A DNA stretch of 64,000 bases. It comes from the human T2T-CHM13v2.0 reference genome, Homo sapiens. Below the pieces are notes generated by a model, which saw only the letters and a program-made list of their open reading frames with translations, was not told the origin of the DNA and did no database searches. Of this stretch, positions 47,461 to 61,985 are shown piece by piece; position 1 is the first letter of the stretch, and each line of letters begins with the position of its first letter. The position numbers were made by a program, and so were the translations under genes. The stretch lies in assembly GCF_009914755.1 (NCBI RefSeq), contig NC_060928.1. One strand, given 5' to 3'.

Positions 47461-48409
47461 AAAGAAATGGCATGCTCACTCTCTCTACAGCTACAAAATG
47501 GAGAGATACATATATATCTATATATATATCTCCAAGCTATCCACATATCCAAGCTAACATAAAAAGCACGTTAAGTTATTTTGTGAATATTAAAGCTTAT
47601 TTAAAATCTATTTTTGACAGATTTTTTTGATCTTTGTAACAAATTGCTTGATATTTGTTTTTCCCAAAACAACAATGGTTTAAAAACTATAATAAGGTTA
47701 CCTATTGCCTATTTGTTAATGATCAGGTAGAAAAATGGGGTCATAGCGTTGATTAAATGCAGACAGGTTTAATATTAAATCCAAGAAACTTATACACTGA
47801 CTTTACAAACTTTGTTGCATAAACATATCACATCATCACTAGATCAATACATTGCCCATCTTAGCTAATTTTTAACCTAGAATGGCTCAAGCATAATTTC
47901 AATAGACTTTAAGGAAATAGATTGAATAAATGAGCCATAGTGAACTGAGCTTTCTCTTTTGATACTATTGACAGATTTCATTATGGTTAAATGTAAGAAT
48001 GTTTAAATATTAACTACAATTTAATTCTAAATGAATATTATTTTAGTTTAAGCTGGAAAGTTCTAATGCCAAATAAAAACATATAATAATTATTATTTAT
48101 GTAAATTCTCAAGGCCCTTTGGTTGCATATGTTTTATTTACATTTCTTTCACCTGTATTTTATAATAGTAAGGTTAACCCTAAGTAATACTGTGATAGAA
48201 ATGTATCTTTATTCTCATCTTTCACGTTCTTTCCCCAGAATTCAAGTACATTACTTTTGCCATCTTATAATCCTGTCACTTAGTAAATCTCATTCTTTGG
48301 AGATAATACTTGGGTATAAGAGAAAAGAGTGAGTTCAATGTTTTATCACTTCTGCTCAAATAGTATTTGCTTTGAAACAGGCATGAGAAACATATCCTAA
48401 GATATAATA

Positions 48410-49187
48410 GACTATTCCCCCTTATCCATGGGAGATACATTCCAACAACCCCAGTGGGAGCCTGAAACCACAGACAGTACTGAACCCAATTGCTGTTAAT
48501 CGATACATGTTTCTGTTCATGTCTTCCACCCACAAATATAATGCCTTTTCCTTAAGCACTCATCATGCACTCTGGCCATAACTTCTGCAGTTTGAAGTGT
48601 GACAGCAAAACTTGCATACAATTCTTTTTCCTTTTTCACAATTTTGTGGATAGAAGATTTGTTCTGACAGACCTTAGCAACCCCAGCATATTACTTATTA
48701 AATTGAGAACTTTCACCTTAACACTTTAAGGAAGGACTTTAAGGGTTCTCTTTGGCGTATCTGAATTGCCAGCATCACTAATTTTTCTGCTTTGTGGCCA
48801 TTATTAAGTCAAATAAAGGTTACTTGAGCACAAGCACTGCGGTACCTTGAAAGCTGATCTGATAATAGAGCCAGCGAGTAAGTGGCTAAGAGGCAGAGAG
48901 CATTGACAGAGTGGAGATGCTGGTCAAAGGGATGATTCACGTCCCTGGAATGGAACAGAATGGTGTGAGATTTCATCACACTACTCAGAATAGCATGTAA
49001 TTTAAAATTTATCTTCTTTCTTGGATAGAAATAAGCCACAAATAATAAACTAAATAACAAAAAAAGGAAAAAAAAAGCCTATGAATTGTTTATTTCTGGA
49101 ATTTTTCATTTAATATTTTTAGACTAGGGTTGACCATGGCTAACTGAAACCTTGGAGAGAAAAACCATGGATAAGGGGGAAGTACTG
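48410..49187. mobile_element. MER44 (Tigger7 derivative) DNA transposon
   Basis: TIRs '...ttcccccttatccatgg' / 'ccatggataagggggaagtactg', TA target sites. Confidence 0.85.
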
Positions 49188-51252
49188 TATTAGTTTCAAG
49201 AATCTAAAAGAAAGGAAGGGGAAGCAAAAAGTTAATATTTATGATATTACTTGTTCTGGAATGACCAATGAAAAAAGGTAAAATCAACTGGCAGATTGGT
49301 TGCTTAGTGGTCCTTCCAGGGTAGAAGATTTCTAGAATGCATTAACATGTGGTACCAAACTTTTGATACTTGTGCACATTACCATGTTTCCACCACTAGG
49401 CTCTCCCCCACAACTCTTTGTCTCCAATCTTTCCGGCTTTTCCTTCCAGGTTTCTGACCAGCTGGCCAGGACTCTTGTCACTGTCCAGGAATCCATTTAC
49501 ATTTTCACCTCTGGATACTTTTCTTTCCACACAAAGTGGGTACCAGGTGCACCCCTAACAGATCCTCATCATATGTCAAAATGTCCTTGACAGCTATTAA
49601 ATGAATTCACGCAGGCCTCACTTTAGAATGTAGCAAACATTAAAAAAAATTCTTGAATGAAATAATGAATACATGAATGATTGGGCCCATAAGAATAAGA
49701 AAATTTCAACTAATTTTGAATTAACTCTTAACAAATATAGCCAGATTTCAGGAGTAAAATGAGCTTTTAGAAGATACAGATTTAATATTTCCTGGATACT
49801 ATTATTATACTTTTCCATAATAATACTTACTAAATGATGGGAAAATACACAATTTGGAAAATTTAAGTATTCATTAGCTTTATTTCTTTCATCTAGACTT
49901 TTACCTGAATTTACAAGATACACATAAATTTCCCAAATTCATTTGTTTTCCATCACAATGTTACTCGGCTCAAGTGTACTTTCATGCTTTGGTTTACTTT
50001 CCTAGAATTCTCTCTTTTCTAGTTATATTCATTAAAGATTGAGGATACTCTTCGTTAATATAACCCCTGCCATGAAGCTCTGTCCACTAAAAAACCCAAT
50101 GAGTTTCACTTCTATTTGTATTCTTAGAGCATTTTACCATTTAACTGTGTGTTATCTTGAAATTTATTTTTTACATAATTTAGAAGGCTTTGTCCATCCC
50201 AAGCTGTAAGCTCTTCGAAAGCAGGAATTATGATTTCTTCTCATTATATATACTTCCTGAGTCTGGAAAAGTGCCCGGGAGAGTAAATGCTCAATAAACA
50301 CTCATCACAAAACAAACACTCATTTTCTGTATGTTTCTCTTTTCTGGAATAATTTTTTTACCTGAATATCTTAGAAATTAAAGATGCTACTTCTGTTGCT
50401 GTAATATAAGCCCATTTATCACTGTAGAAGATGAAAATAATTATTTTCCTTTTATAAAGCCATATGAATTGGTAATGTGTGGTAATGTCCTTTCAGAATA
50501 ACAATTTCAGCAGAGTATTATTAAATTTAATTAATGTAAAAATAATTCTCTGGTCTCAGAAGCATACTTGCAATAATCATCATTCTAAGCTTTAAAAATT
50601 CTACTTTATTCTAAGATGACAATGTTAATATGTTTTATTACAATCTAGTGATTCCCTTGGGCCCAGAACATGTTGAATATTTTATAACACTTTAGCTTTC
50701 TAACCTGTAAACAAATAAAATATGTTCAATTCCCTAGGGAGACATTTTATTTCTGAAGTTTATGAACCTCTCTCTGTCTTTTCCTCAGGGCTGACAGCAT
50801 TTAAGTGGCTGGTCTTATATAATTTATAATGTGGAAGAATTTACTGGATAAGGGGATTCAAAGTGATTATTTGTTTGTTCAAGAAATATATATATTTTAA
50901 GTTGCAACACTCTGCTGGGTGTTGAAAGTAAATACATGGACCTTGCTTTCTGGGAGCTTACAATTTATAAGGGATGAGATATGTCTAAATAAGATCAAAA
51001 CTGGTGATTTAAATCACATGTGACTGATGTAAAAAATTTCATAGTCATACAGAAGCAGGAAGATTATTTCTAGTTTTATTGATCACTGAAGATTTCATGG
51101 AAGTGGTGGCTGCTCATTGGGAATTGAGTAAAATGTACATAACTGTAGAGAAAAAGAAAACTCCTGCCCAGGGATTGAACTGTGACAACAGATGCATGGC
51201 ATTATAAAGGAGATACTTTAATGAGGTTTAACTGGCAACAAATTGAAGACTG

Positions 51253-51543
51253 TGGCAGGATGCAGTAGCTCACGCCTGTAATCCCAGCATTTTGGGAGGC
51301 CGAGGGGGTGGATCACCTGAGGTCAGGAGTTCAAGACCAGCCTGACCAACATGGAGAATCCCGTCTCTACTAAGAATACAAAATTAGCTGGGCGTGGTGG
51401 CGCATGCCTGTAATCCCAGCTACTCGGGAGGTGAGGCAGGAGAATCGCTTGAACCCAGGAGGCACAAGTTGTAGTGAGCCGAGATCCGCCATTGCACTCC
51501 AGCCTGGGCAATAAGAATAAAACTCCATCTCAAAAAAAAAAAA
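51253..51543 (+). mobile_element. AluSp-like inserted in a minus-strand L2
   Basis: 'cctgaccaacatggagaa', TSD aagactgt. Confidence 0.93.
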
Positions 51544-51989
51544 GACTGTATCAGTAAAGGTGGTTTGTAAATACAACTATTATGTTAAATAAGGAGGAAG
51601 CAGCAGGAATAGAAGTGATGGACTGAGCCTCTACACTAGAATTAGAATTCACCATTGAATGGACATAGTTGTTGACAGAGAAGGTGGAGTTAAAGCAGCA
51701 AATTCAATCCCAAGTATCTGGGAGTGTGATTATATGATAAACAGAAATAAATAATCAAGAAAGACCTATATGGGTCTTTATGGGAAAGAAGATGAGCCCA
51801 AATACACCAAACTTCTACAGGAAGAACATCTTGAAAACAGGAGTAAGGAAGTAAAGATTCTGAGAGTTCTGAGATGAAGAAGAAGAAATGGGATAGCGTT
51901 TATAGCAGATGAATTCAGTCTTGTTGGTAAGGCTGTGGCAAGAGCATTTGAGAGTGGGTGGAGACAAAAAGGTTAACCCTGGATCGGTA

Positions 51990-52172
51990 TTACTGATTGT
52001 TCCTTTGGCCTCAGGTTCCAGTATAACTGAACATGCCACTTTTAATGATTCTGTCTTTATTTAAATTTTGATATTCTGTCTGCCATGGATTTTTGCATTA
52101 ATTTTGATGCATTAAAAATCTTTCATTAAAATGTTTATCTTCATTGTTGTGTTTTTGGCACCTCCTTAAATG
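51990..52172 (-). mobile_element. MER91-like hAT MITE fragment
   Basis: 'ggatttttgcattaattttg', 'tttttggcacctccttaaat' recalled as MER91-type. Confidence 0.45.
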
Positions 52173-52295
52173 TCTGACCTGATAAAAAGCAGGATTTCAT
52201 AATTGGGGAAACAACTGTTGGCATTTCATGTGTAATAGATCAGCATGTTGTGATGAATACAAGTTCTCAGTGAACTGAAGGTATAACTGAGAGGT

Positions 52296-54140
52296 TTCTT
52301 TTTCTTTTTAATTGCTCTAAAATGTATAATGTAAAATGCACCATCTTAACTATTTCTAGTGTACAGTTCAATAATGCGAAGTATATTCACATTGTTGTGC
52401 AATGGATTGCCAGAATTTTCTCATCTTGCAAAACTGAAACTCTATATCCATTAAACAACAACTTCCCATTTTCTCCTGCACCCAGCTCTTGGCAAATACC
52501 ATTCTACTTTCTGTTTCTATGAATTTTACTACTTTAAATAACTCATGTATGTGGAATAAAACAGTATTTGTCTTTTTGTGAGTGACTTATTTCACTTAGC
52601 ATAATATCCTCAAGGTTTATTTATGCTGTAGCCTGTGACAGGATTTCCTTCCATTGTAAGGTTGAGTAATATTCAATTGTATGTGTATATCAGATTTTGT
52701 TTTTCATTCAACTGTTGATGGACATTTGGGTTGCTTCAACCTCTTGGCTACTGCTACTAATGCTGCTATGAACATAGTATACAAATGTCCTTTGAGAGCC
52801 TGCTTTTAATTCTTTGGGTATATATCCATATATAGGATTGCTGGATCACATGGTAGTTCTATTTTTAATTTTTTAAGTAACTGCTGTACTGTTTTCCATA
52901 GCAGTTGCACCATATTATAATCCCAGCAACAGTGCACAAGGTTCCAATTTCTCCACATCCTCACCAACACATGTTAGTTTTTCTCTCTTTTTGATAGTAG
53001 CCATCTGAGTGGGTGTTAGGTCTCATTGCAGTTTTGATTTGCATTTATTCAATGATTAGTGATGTTGAACATTATCTCATATGCTTGTTGGTTATTTATA
53101 GATCATCTTTGGAAAAATTTGTATTCAAGTCCTTTGTCCATTTTTAATGGGATAATTTTTTATTGTTGTTGGGTTGTAGGAATTCTTTTTATATTCTGGA
53201 TATTAATCCCTTAGCAGATAAATGACTTGCAATTATAATCTCCTATTCTGTAAGTTGCTTTTCACTCTGTTGATTGTGTCCTTTAATGCACAGAAGTTTT
53301 AATTGTTGAAGTAATCCCATTTGTCTATTTTTGCTTTTGTTGCCCGTGCTTTGGTGTCATATCCAAGAAACCATTGCCAATCAAATATATAGCTTTCCCC
53401 CTATGCTATCTTTTATAGATTTTATAGTTTTGGGTCTTATGTTTATGTATGTAATCCATTTTTAGTCATTTTTTGTATACATTAGCCTAATTTCATTCTT
53501 TGCCTGTGGCTATCCAGTTTTCCCAGCACTATTTGTTGAAGAGACTTTCCTTTTCACCCTTGTTAAAGACCAATTGACTATATACATAAGGGTTTATTTC
53601 TGGGCTCTCTATTCTATTTCATTGATCTACATGTCTGCCTTTATGCCAGCACCACGCTATTTGGTTACTGTAGCTTTGTAATATGTTTTGAACGTAGAAA
53701 GGGTGAGTCTTTCAGCTTTTTAAATTTTTTTATGATTGTTTCAGCTATTTGAGCTTCGTGAAATTCCATATGAATTTTAAGATGGGTTTTTCTAGTTATA
53801 CAAAAATTGCCATTTGGATTTTGCTAGGGAACGTATTGAATCTGTACAACACAGGTAGTGTCGACATCCTAAATATATTGTCTTCCAATACATCAACATG
53901 GATGTCTTTTCATTTATTTGTCTTCAATTTCTTTCAAAAATGTTTTATAGTTTTCAGTGTACAAGTTTTTCACAACCTTGATTATGTTATTCCTAAATAT
54001 TTTATTATTTTTGGTGCTATTATAAATAGAATTGCTTTCTTAATTTCCTTTTTGGATTGTTCATTGCTAGAATATAGAAGCTCAACTGATTTTTGTATGT
54101 TGACTTTGTATCCTGTGACTTTGCTGCATTCACTTATTAT
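52296..54140 (-). mobile_element. L1MB-type 5'-truncated LINE (3'UTR plus ORF2 end)
   Basis: 'tcatcttgcaaaactgaaactcta', 'ttccatagcagttgcaccatt', 'ccacatcctcaccaacac'. Confidence 0.9.
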
Positions 54141-55249
54141 TGCAACTGAGGATTATTAAAAGTGCATATTTGATAAGCAGTATTCTGGACATGAAATGAT
54201 GAGAATCATCTTACTAAACTCTAACTTGGTCAGAGTACATATGGAGGATTACATTTATTTACAATTGCAACTTAAGAGAAATTCTGGAAAAATAAACAAT
54301 CCTAGAAACTACAGGATTATATTTGCTTTTATTAAAGGCAATCTGTCTTGTGATATAAGAAGCAGATTTAACATTTGCTACCATAGATAACAGGGGACAG
54401 ATTACTATATGTTTATATACAGAAGTAATTTCTACTTAAAGAATTATTTTGTTATTAGAATTTAATGGTCCAAGAATTTAATGGCTTGACTTGAAAAACT
54501 AACAAGACTCATTCCTATAAGCTTCTAAGTACAGTTTATATAATCATATAATGTTGGAATATCATCAAGATATTGAAGTATTTTATCAATAATTTGTCAA
54601 TAATAATAGATATAAATACATCAGGGAAACTTAAATTAAGTGTATCTATATTTTATGTTAGCATGCATTAGATAAATTTATGTTTTACTTTGGACGTCAA
54701 AGTAATGCTCTAAAAGGTTAATTCCTCAAAATTGTGACTACAAATTTATTATGCATATAAAATAGAATATTGATAAAACAGCTATCTGCAAATTCATATT
54801 TAAATTTTAAAAAATGAAGTTTCCTAGTTTCTTAATAACCAAAGCTTATGTTTTCTTCAGATTAGCTAGAAAAAATGAGTTTTTTAATTTTACCATTATA
54901 TAGGGTTTCAAAAACTCCTAAAATTATCAAGTAAAATTTATATATCATTTAGATATGAATCATGTTTTAAGAATGGCAAAACTAAATGTATGAAAGAAAA
55001 AGGCAAAGGGAAAATTAGCTAACATCACAACTGTTATAAGATATCACTGTGAACAACTGACTATTGATTCATCATAGTCACAATTTGGGATTATTTAGCT
55101 TGCAAACTGCAATGTTCACTTCTGTATTCCAGATGAATGGAGATGTATAATGAAATCCTGAGTCCCTACGATGCCTATTAATCTTCCACTATTTGTGGTT
55201 GAAGTAATGTAAGTTATGGCTGGGTGATTTTGTCCTGAATTATTCACAG

Positions 55250-55327
55250 AAACATTCCCCTGAACTCACTCTTCCTTCCCTGGTACCGTGAAAACAACTA
55301 TATTGAATTTACAATTGGTGATTTTAA
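55250..55327 (+). pseudogene. Candidate exon (phase 2 to 2) NIPLNSLFLPWYRENNYIEFTIGDF
   Basis: 'tattcacag|' ... '|gtatgt'; 78 nt, open frame. Confidence 0.4.
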
Positions 55328-55539
55328 GTATGTGCTCGGGAGAAGAACATGGGAAGAAGTGAGAAAATCTGCCCTGCTCAGCTATGGTGTTTATCAAAGT
55401 CCACGCCTATGGACTTAAATTCAATATAGGGAAATCTCTCATCAAAAGGCTAATTTAGTATTTAATAGATTTAGAGAATAAAACCATTGGCACATTATCT
55501 TTTCTTTCAAAGTATAGTATCTGCTTTATTGATTTTTAG

Positions 55540-55651
55540 ATATTTCAGTGGTGGCAGCCCCAGGTACCAGATCTTATTTGAGATGCCTTTTTTTCTCTAT
55601 TTCAATTGAGTTCCATGCTTCTGGCATCCTGTTACGACAGGAGCTCTACTG
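55540..55651 (+). pseudogene. Candidate exon (phase 2 to 0) YFSGGSPRYQILFEMPFFLYFN*VPCFWHPVTTGALL
   Basis: 'gatttttag|' ... 'CTG|gtaaga'; single in-frame TGA at 55607-55609. Confidence 0.45.
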
Positions 55652-55789
55652 GTAAGAAAGTCTAATTATTGCTTATAAATAATAAATCATTTTTTAATTG
55701 TTTTTTCTTTTTTCTTGTCTTTTATGTATATTTCAAGTTACAAATTCAATGTCTCTATGAGTTAAATGGCTAGTAATATTTCTAATGAT

Positions 55790-57630
55790 TCCTAGATCAG
55801 ATTTAGTAATATACTTCTTTCAATGGATATGTCCATTTTGTCCTTGCTAAATTCGCTAGCATATAATTGTTTATAATATTGCCCCAAATTTCTTTTAATA
55901 CCTGTAGGATATTAATATCCTCTCTTTCATTTCTAATGTTTGTAATATTTGTGTTTTCTCTTTTTTTCATGATCGGTCTAGCTAAAGGCTGTTAATTTTA
56001 TTGAACTTTTCAGAGACAGTTTTGTGGTGGGCAAAATAATGGCACCCAAAGATGCCCATCTCCAAATCCCTTGGAGCTATTAACATTACCTATGTAGCAA
56101 AAGGGACTTTGCAGATGTGATTGAGGCTAAAGGTCTTGAGATAGGAGATTATTCTGGATTATTCAAGTGGGCCCAATGTAATCACATAAATCATTAAAAG
56201 TGGAGAACCTTTGCAGCCTGGTTCAGAGACAACGTGTGACTACTTAAGAAGAGTCAGAAAGGGGCAACATAAGAACGACTTAACAATCCACTTCTGGCTT
56301 TGAAGATGGAGGAAGAGGCCTAACGGAAACGGTGTCTCTTAGGAGTTAGAAGCAGGTCTCATCTGAGAGCTAGTAAGAAAACCAGGCCACTACCCTGTAT
56401 TTGCAAGAAACTGCATTCTGCCAACAATCTGAGCAGAAAACAGATTTTCACCCAGAACCTCCAGAAAAGGACACAGCCTGCTAACACCTTGATTTTATTC
56501 TGGTGAGACCTGTAGTAGACTTCTGATCTTTAGAACTGTAAATTAATAAATTTGTTTTGTCTTAAGCCACTAAATTTGTGTGGTCTGAAGCTGCTAATTT
56601 GTGGTAATTTGCTACTGGCAGCAGTAGAAAACTAATACATGATTTAATTGAATTTCTCCATTGCCCATTTTCTATCACATTGATTTTGGGTGTTATATGT
56701 TATTTCTTTCCTTCTCCCTCTTTGGGTATATTTGGCTCTTCTTTTTCTACCATTTTATGGTGGAAAGTTAAATAATTGATTTTAAACTTTCTTTTCTAAT
56801 ATAAAGCTTAGAGCTATATTTTTAACTCTAGGCAATACAGTTTACGGCTTTATCCTGCAACTATATTTACGTTCTCATTATTTATTTACAAATATTTTCT
56901 AATTCCAGTTGTGATTTTCTTTTTTAACAATGTGTTGTTTAATTTCCAAATATTTGGGAATGTTGTGGATACTGTTCACTTATTAATTCTGAATAAAATT
57001 CAGTTCTAGCCAAAGAACATACTCTATATGACTTCTGTTGTTCTCAATGTATTAAGGCTTGTTTTATGGGCCAGCATATTTTCTGTCTCACTGAATTTTC
57101 CAGGTGTACCTCCAATTTTTCTATGTACAGCATAAGGTGTGTATTCTGCTATTGTATGGATTTTTTAATGGGAAATAGGTCAAGTTGGTTGATAGTATTG
57201 TTTGTGTTGTTTATATTCTCATTGATTTTCTTCTTCTGTAATTACTGATAGAAGAATAGTTCTCCAACTGTAGATTTGTATCTCTCTTTTGTTTTGTCAA
57301 TTTCTGCTTCATGTCTATTGAAGTTTTGTCATAGGACACCTATACATATAACACTGTTATGTCTTGTTTCAAAATAAGTAAACAATTTACTTTTATAAAA
57401 TGCTCATCTACCTTTGGTACAGTTTTTGTTCTGAAGTCTATGTTGTCTGACATTGATATAGCTCCTCTAGTTTCTTACGATTAGTTTGTTTTTGGTTTCT
57501 CTTCTTCCATCGTTTAATTTCTGCTTTATGTCTTTATATTTGAAGTACATTTATTGTTGTCAGCATTTCGTTGGGTCTTGATAGTATATTCAGCCTAATG
57601 TTTTCTTCCTTTTAATAGGAGCATTTAGAT
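55790..57630 (-). mobile_element. Old L1M ORF2 (endonuclease region) remnant split by MLT1E
   Basis: 'gtctagctaaaggctgttaatttt', 'gaagtctatgttgtctgacattgatatagct'. Confidence 0.75.
56023..56639 (+). mobile_element. MLT1E-like solo LTR
   Basis: TGTGG...actaataCA, 'gggactttgcagatgtgatt', 'gtgggcccaatgtaatcaca'. Confidence 0.85.
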
Positions 57631-57930
57631 CTGTGCCATACAGTGTGGTACTAACTAACCAAATGTGACTACTCAGCACTTGAAAACTGGCTAGTCCAAA
57701 CTAAGGTGTGCTATAAATGTAAAATGCACATAGGATTTTGAAAACTTGATATGAAAAAAGAATGCAAACTATCTCAATAATTTTTAATGGATTATACATT
57801 AAAGTGGTATTTTTGGTTGCGTTAAATAAAATGTATTATCGAAATGAATTTACCTGATTTAATTTTTAAAAATATGGCTATCATAAAATTTTAAATTGCT
57901 AATATGCTTCTTCTTTTATTTCAGTTGGAA
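57630..57930. mobile_element. MER33 hAT MITE
   Basis: 'gcacttgaaaactggctagtccaaa...aaagaatgcaaactatctcaataa'. Confidence 0.75.
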
Positions 57931-58071
57931 TGTTTATACATTATAATTACACTATAACATAATTTTAGTTATGGTTGGGTTGAAATTTTGCAATTTGTTT
58001 GCTTTTTTCTTTTCAATTCTTCTTCTTTTAGATTGAGCATTTTAGGATTTAGTTTTATCATCATTATTAAC

Positions 58072-58492
58072 TTTTTTTTTTTTACTTTAAGTTCTGGGAT
58101 ACATGTGCAGAATGTGCAGGTTTTTTACATAAGTATACATGTGTCATGGTGGTTTGCTGCACCCATCAACCCATCATCTAGTATTTAAGCCCCGCATGCA
58201 TTAGGTATTTGTCCTAATGCTCTCCCTCCCCTTGCCCCCAACCCCTCAATAGGCCCCGGTGTGTGATGTTCCCCTCCCTGTGTCCATGTGTTCTCATTGT
58301 TCAATTCTGACTTATGAGTGAGAAAGTGCAGTGCTTGGTTTTCTGTTCCTGTGTTTGCTGAGGATGATGACTTCCATCTTCACCCATGTCCCTGCAAAGG
58401 ACATGAACTCATTCTTTTTTATGGCTGCATAGTATTCTGTGGTGTATATGTGCCACATTTTCTTTACCCAGTCTATCATTGATGGGCATTTG
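58072..58492 (-). mobile_element. L1PA7/8-like 3' end
   Basis: 'tactttaagttctgggatacatgtgcag...gtcctgcaaaggacatga'. Confidence 0.92.
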
Positions 58493-58626
58493 TGTTCTAG
58501 GATTTGCAATTGCATCTACAACATATCAAAATCTCCATTCAAATAAAATTTTATCATTTTATACATAAAAACCTTCCATCCCCCCTTCCTGTTCTTTGTC
58601 TTACTGTTGTCCTATTTTGACCTATA

Positions 58627-58948
58627 CAAGTTGAGCATCCCTCATCCAAAATGTTTGGAACCAGAAGTGTTTCAGATTTCAGATTTTTTTCAAATATTGG
58701 AATATTTGCATATACATAGTGAGATTTCTTTGAGATGACACTAAAGTCTAAACAAGAAATTTATGTATACCTTATACACACAGCCTAAAGGTAATTTTAT
58801 GTAATATTTTTAATAATTTTGTGCACCCATCACATGAGATTGGAGATTTGGAATTTGCCACTAGCAGAGTCATGTTGGTGCTCAAAAACTTTTGGATTTT
58901 GGAACATTTCAAATTTTAGATTTTTGGATTAGGGATGGTCAACCCGCA
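58627..58948. mobile_element. MER46/Tigger4-type DNA transposon
   Basis: TIRs 'caagttgagcatccct' / 'agggatggtcaacc'. Confidence 0.8.
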
Positions 58949-59807
58949 TTATAAACCTCAAAATACATTAATATACATTTACTTTAGACAGTTTTATTTT
59001 CATATGAGTTTAAAAATAAGAAAAACTTAAAATTCTGCCATTTTCCAGTGCTCTTAATTTTTCGTGTAGACCCATGTATGTCTTGGATCATTTCCCTTAA
59101 GACTGAGAAACTAACTTCCTTTAGCATTTTGTTTAATTCAGGTCTTCTCTTGATAAATTTTCTTATAATTTTAAATTTCTTTAATTAAAATTTCTTTTTA
59201 TTTAAATCAATTTCTTTAATTTTAGATACATTTTAATTTTTAATTAAATTTTTTTTTTAGATAAATAATTCTAAGTTGATGTTTTTGTCCCCCTAGCATG
59301 GTAAAGATGCTGAAACTTTGCATTGTCTTCTCAATTACATTGTTTCTTACAAGAAGTCTATGATCATTCTTACTATTTTCCTTGTATCTACTCAAGATTG
59401 TTCTTTTTGTCACCAGCTTCCAGCAATTTGGTAGTAACATCTCAATATAAATGCCATGCTTTGCTTGGAGTAAGTGCATTTCCCTATACTGTGGTACCAA
59501 AAGTGCATTTAGGTAGACAGCTAGGGAAATCACAGGACTCGTGTCATTTGTACTTTTTCTCCTCTCAGAGATCATAGACCCATACTGCCTATTGTTCTGT
59601 GTCTGAAAACAGTTGTTTCATATGCTGAACATAGTTTTTAAGTTGTTTATGTTGGTCACATAATTTTTGAGTCTGTTTTTCCATCATAGCCCAATGCAGA
59701 AGTCTATACTGTGTTTTTAACCTATGTCTAAAAAAGAATAAGGCCAACTCATTGAATTTATGCAATGTGATTATGTTGAATTACAAATAATAAAAATAAT
59801 AATGTAG

Positions 59808-60124
<317 letters not shown>

Positions 60125-60379
60125 ATAGTACAATTTTTAATAAGTTATGTATCTCTGATTTAAGTAGGATAGAATAGTATTTCTTCTGCTTCTTACTCTT
60201 CTACTCTCTGAGCCTCATAACCTTTAAAGTCAGGATCACATATTATATCTTCCATGGTGAATTCTCTTATGTTTCCTTAAGAATAAGAAATCTTTTTATC
60301 CTGTCTTCTCAGAGCATTTATGCATATCTTTGTTAGGTCACTTTCAACCTGAAGGCAGGCATGTTTCTTATTGTTACAG

Positions 60380-60460
60380 CTTGCCAGCAAATTCCCTAAG
60401 CACAAGAAGCAAATCATATTCAACTCTAAAACAGCCATGATAGCCCACACCTTTCCAGTA
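60380..60460 (+). pseudogene. Candidate exon (phase 0 to 0) LASKFPKHKKQIIFNSKTAMIAHTFPV
   Basis: 'ttcttattgttacag|' ... '|gtaaat'; 81 nt, open frame. Confidence 0.4.
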
Positions 60461-60970
60461 GTAAATGATAAAGAAATGTTTTTAAATGAATGAAATTTAA
60501 CTCTTTTGACTGCCTTTGTATTCACTTACCAATATTCCTATGTATTGTACATAAGCAAAAGAGAACTATACTTTCAAAGTCTCAGTAATATATATTTTAA
60601 GCAATGTTTTAGAGTTAAATTTTGGAAATAACTGACTCATGCTTTTTTAAGTTTAGAGTGAAATGACCTATAGGTACAATGAAATTCCCAGTAGTTTATT
60701 TCTCCCTGCCAAAGAGTAGTACAAATATATGATAGAAACCCAGAGGCACATTCTCTACAGGACTCTTTTTTTTTTTTTGGTACTTCTGTCAATCATAGGC
60801 ATAATTAAACCAAAAATTGTTCTGCTTTAGTTGTCATATGTATTGAGCAAACTTAAAATGAAATTAAGACTATTGTTCTGTCTTTGAAATAAAATGCAAA
60901 TAAATTAAAATAACTTTTAAAGAAAAAAGGATATACTATATAGACTTGGAAACATAAAAATTTATTTTTA

Positions 60971-61282
60971 ATGGATGAAGCTGGAAACCATCATTCTCAG
61001 CAAACTATCGCAAAGACAAAAAACCAAACATCGCATGTTCTCGCTCATAGGTGGGAATTGAACAATGAGAACACTTGGACACAGGAAGGGGGACACCACA
61101 CACCAGGGCCTCTTGTGGGGTGGGTGGAGGGGGGAGGGATAGCATTAGGAGATATACCCAACGTAAATGACGAGTTAATGGGTGCAGCAAACCAACATGG
61201 CACATGTATACATATGTAACAAACCTGCATGTTGTGCACATGTACCCTAGAACTTAAAGTATAATAATAATAAAAAAGAAAA
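60971..61282 (+). mobile_element. 5'-truncated L1PA5/6-like 3' end
   Basis: 'atggatgaagctggaaacc...gtaccctagaacttaaagtataata'. Confidence 0.95.
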
Positions 61283-61294
61283 CTTATTGCTGCT

Positions 61295-61985
61295 TATTTT
61301 TTTTGTTAGATTTAAAAATCTACAGATAAATTGAAAGACCAGTACAAGGAATGTCTACACAGTCTTCACCTGGATTTACTCACAGTTGATTAATTTTGCC
61401 ATATTTTACTACTCTCCCTCAACACACATTTGAACTTTTGTTGCTGACATCATGACACTTCACCTACAGCATTCATCTGCAAAAAGTATGGCAGTCTTCT
61501 AAATTAACCTAAGAAAAGTTTCACTAATTCAAAAATATCACAATATATACAACACATATTTAAAAATGTCTCAATTACACAAGATATATATTTTAATAGT
61601 TAGTTGTTCATTTACTTGCCTTTTATTCATTTGTCTTAGGTAATAAGATTCATAAGCTGTAGTCAAAGTTCACACACAGCCTTGAGGTGTTATGTATCTT
61701 TTATCTCTTTAGATACATAACAGTAGAAGAGCCCTGAACCTTTTTGTTTTGTTTTGCTTTTTATGATATTGAGTGTTTTAAAGGATCCAGTCCAGTTCCC
61801 TTATAAAGGGTGCTATTTTCTGGACTGATCTGATAGCTCCTCATGATTACATTGTCTAGACATTTTCAGCAAGAATACCATATTATTGATATTGTGGATT
61901 TCTTATTGCAATACATCAGGAGGTTTAAAATGTCAGATCTTCATGCTACTAGTAATGCTAGGATTGCTCATTGTGTTTAAGTGGA
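61295..61985 (-). mobile_element. L1MC5-like 3' region
   Basis: 'gttgctgacatcatgacacttcacc', 'ctcctcatgattacatt'. Confidence 0.65.

Noticed and set aside
55250-55600. Assigning the exon-chain peptide to a CatSper auxiliary subunit from 'W.REN.Y...YQIL'
   Set aside because: Only a loose remembered motif; conserved cysteines are absent and the flanks do not match, so no gene symbol is given.
55607-55609. In-frame TGA codons (also 14876-14878) as selenocysteine or readthrough
   Set aside because: No SECIS seen and no Sec-type motif; nonsense mutation from CGA or TGG is the simpler explanation.
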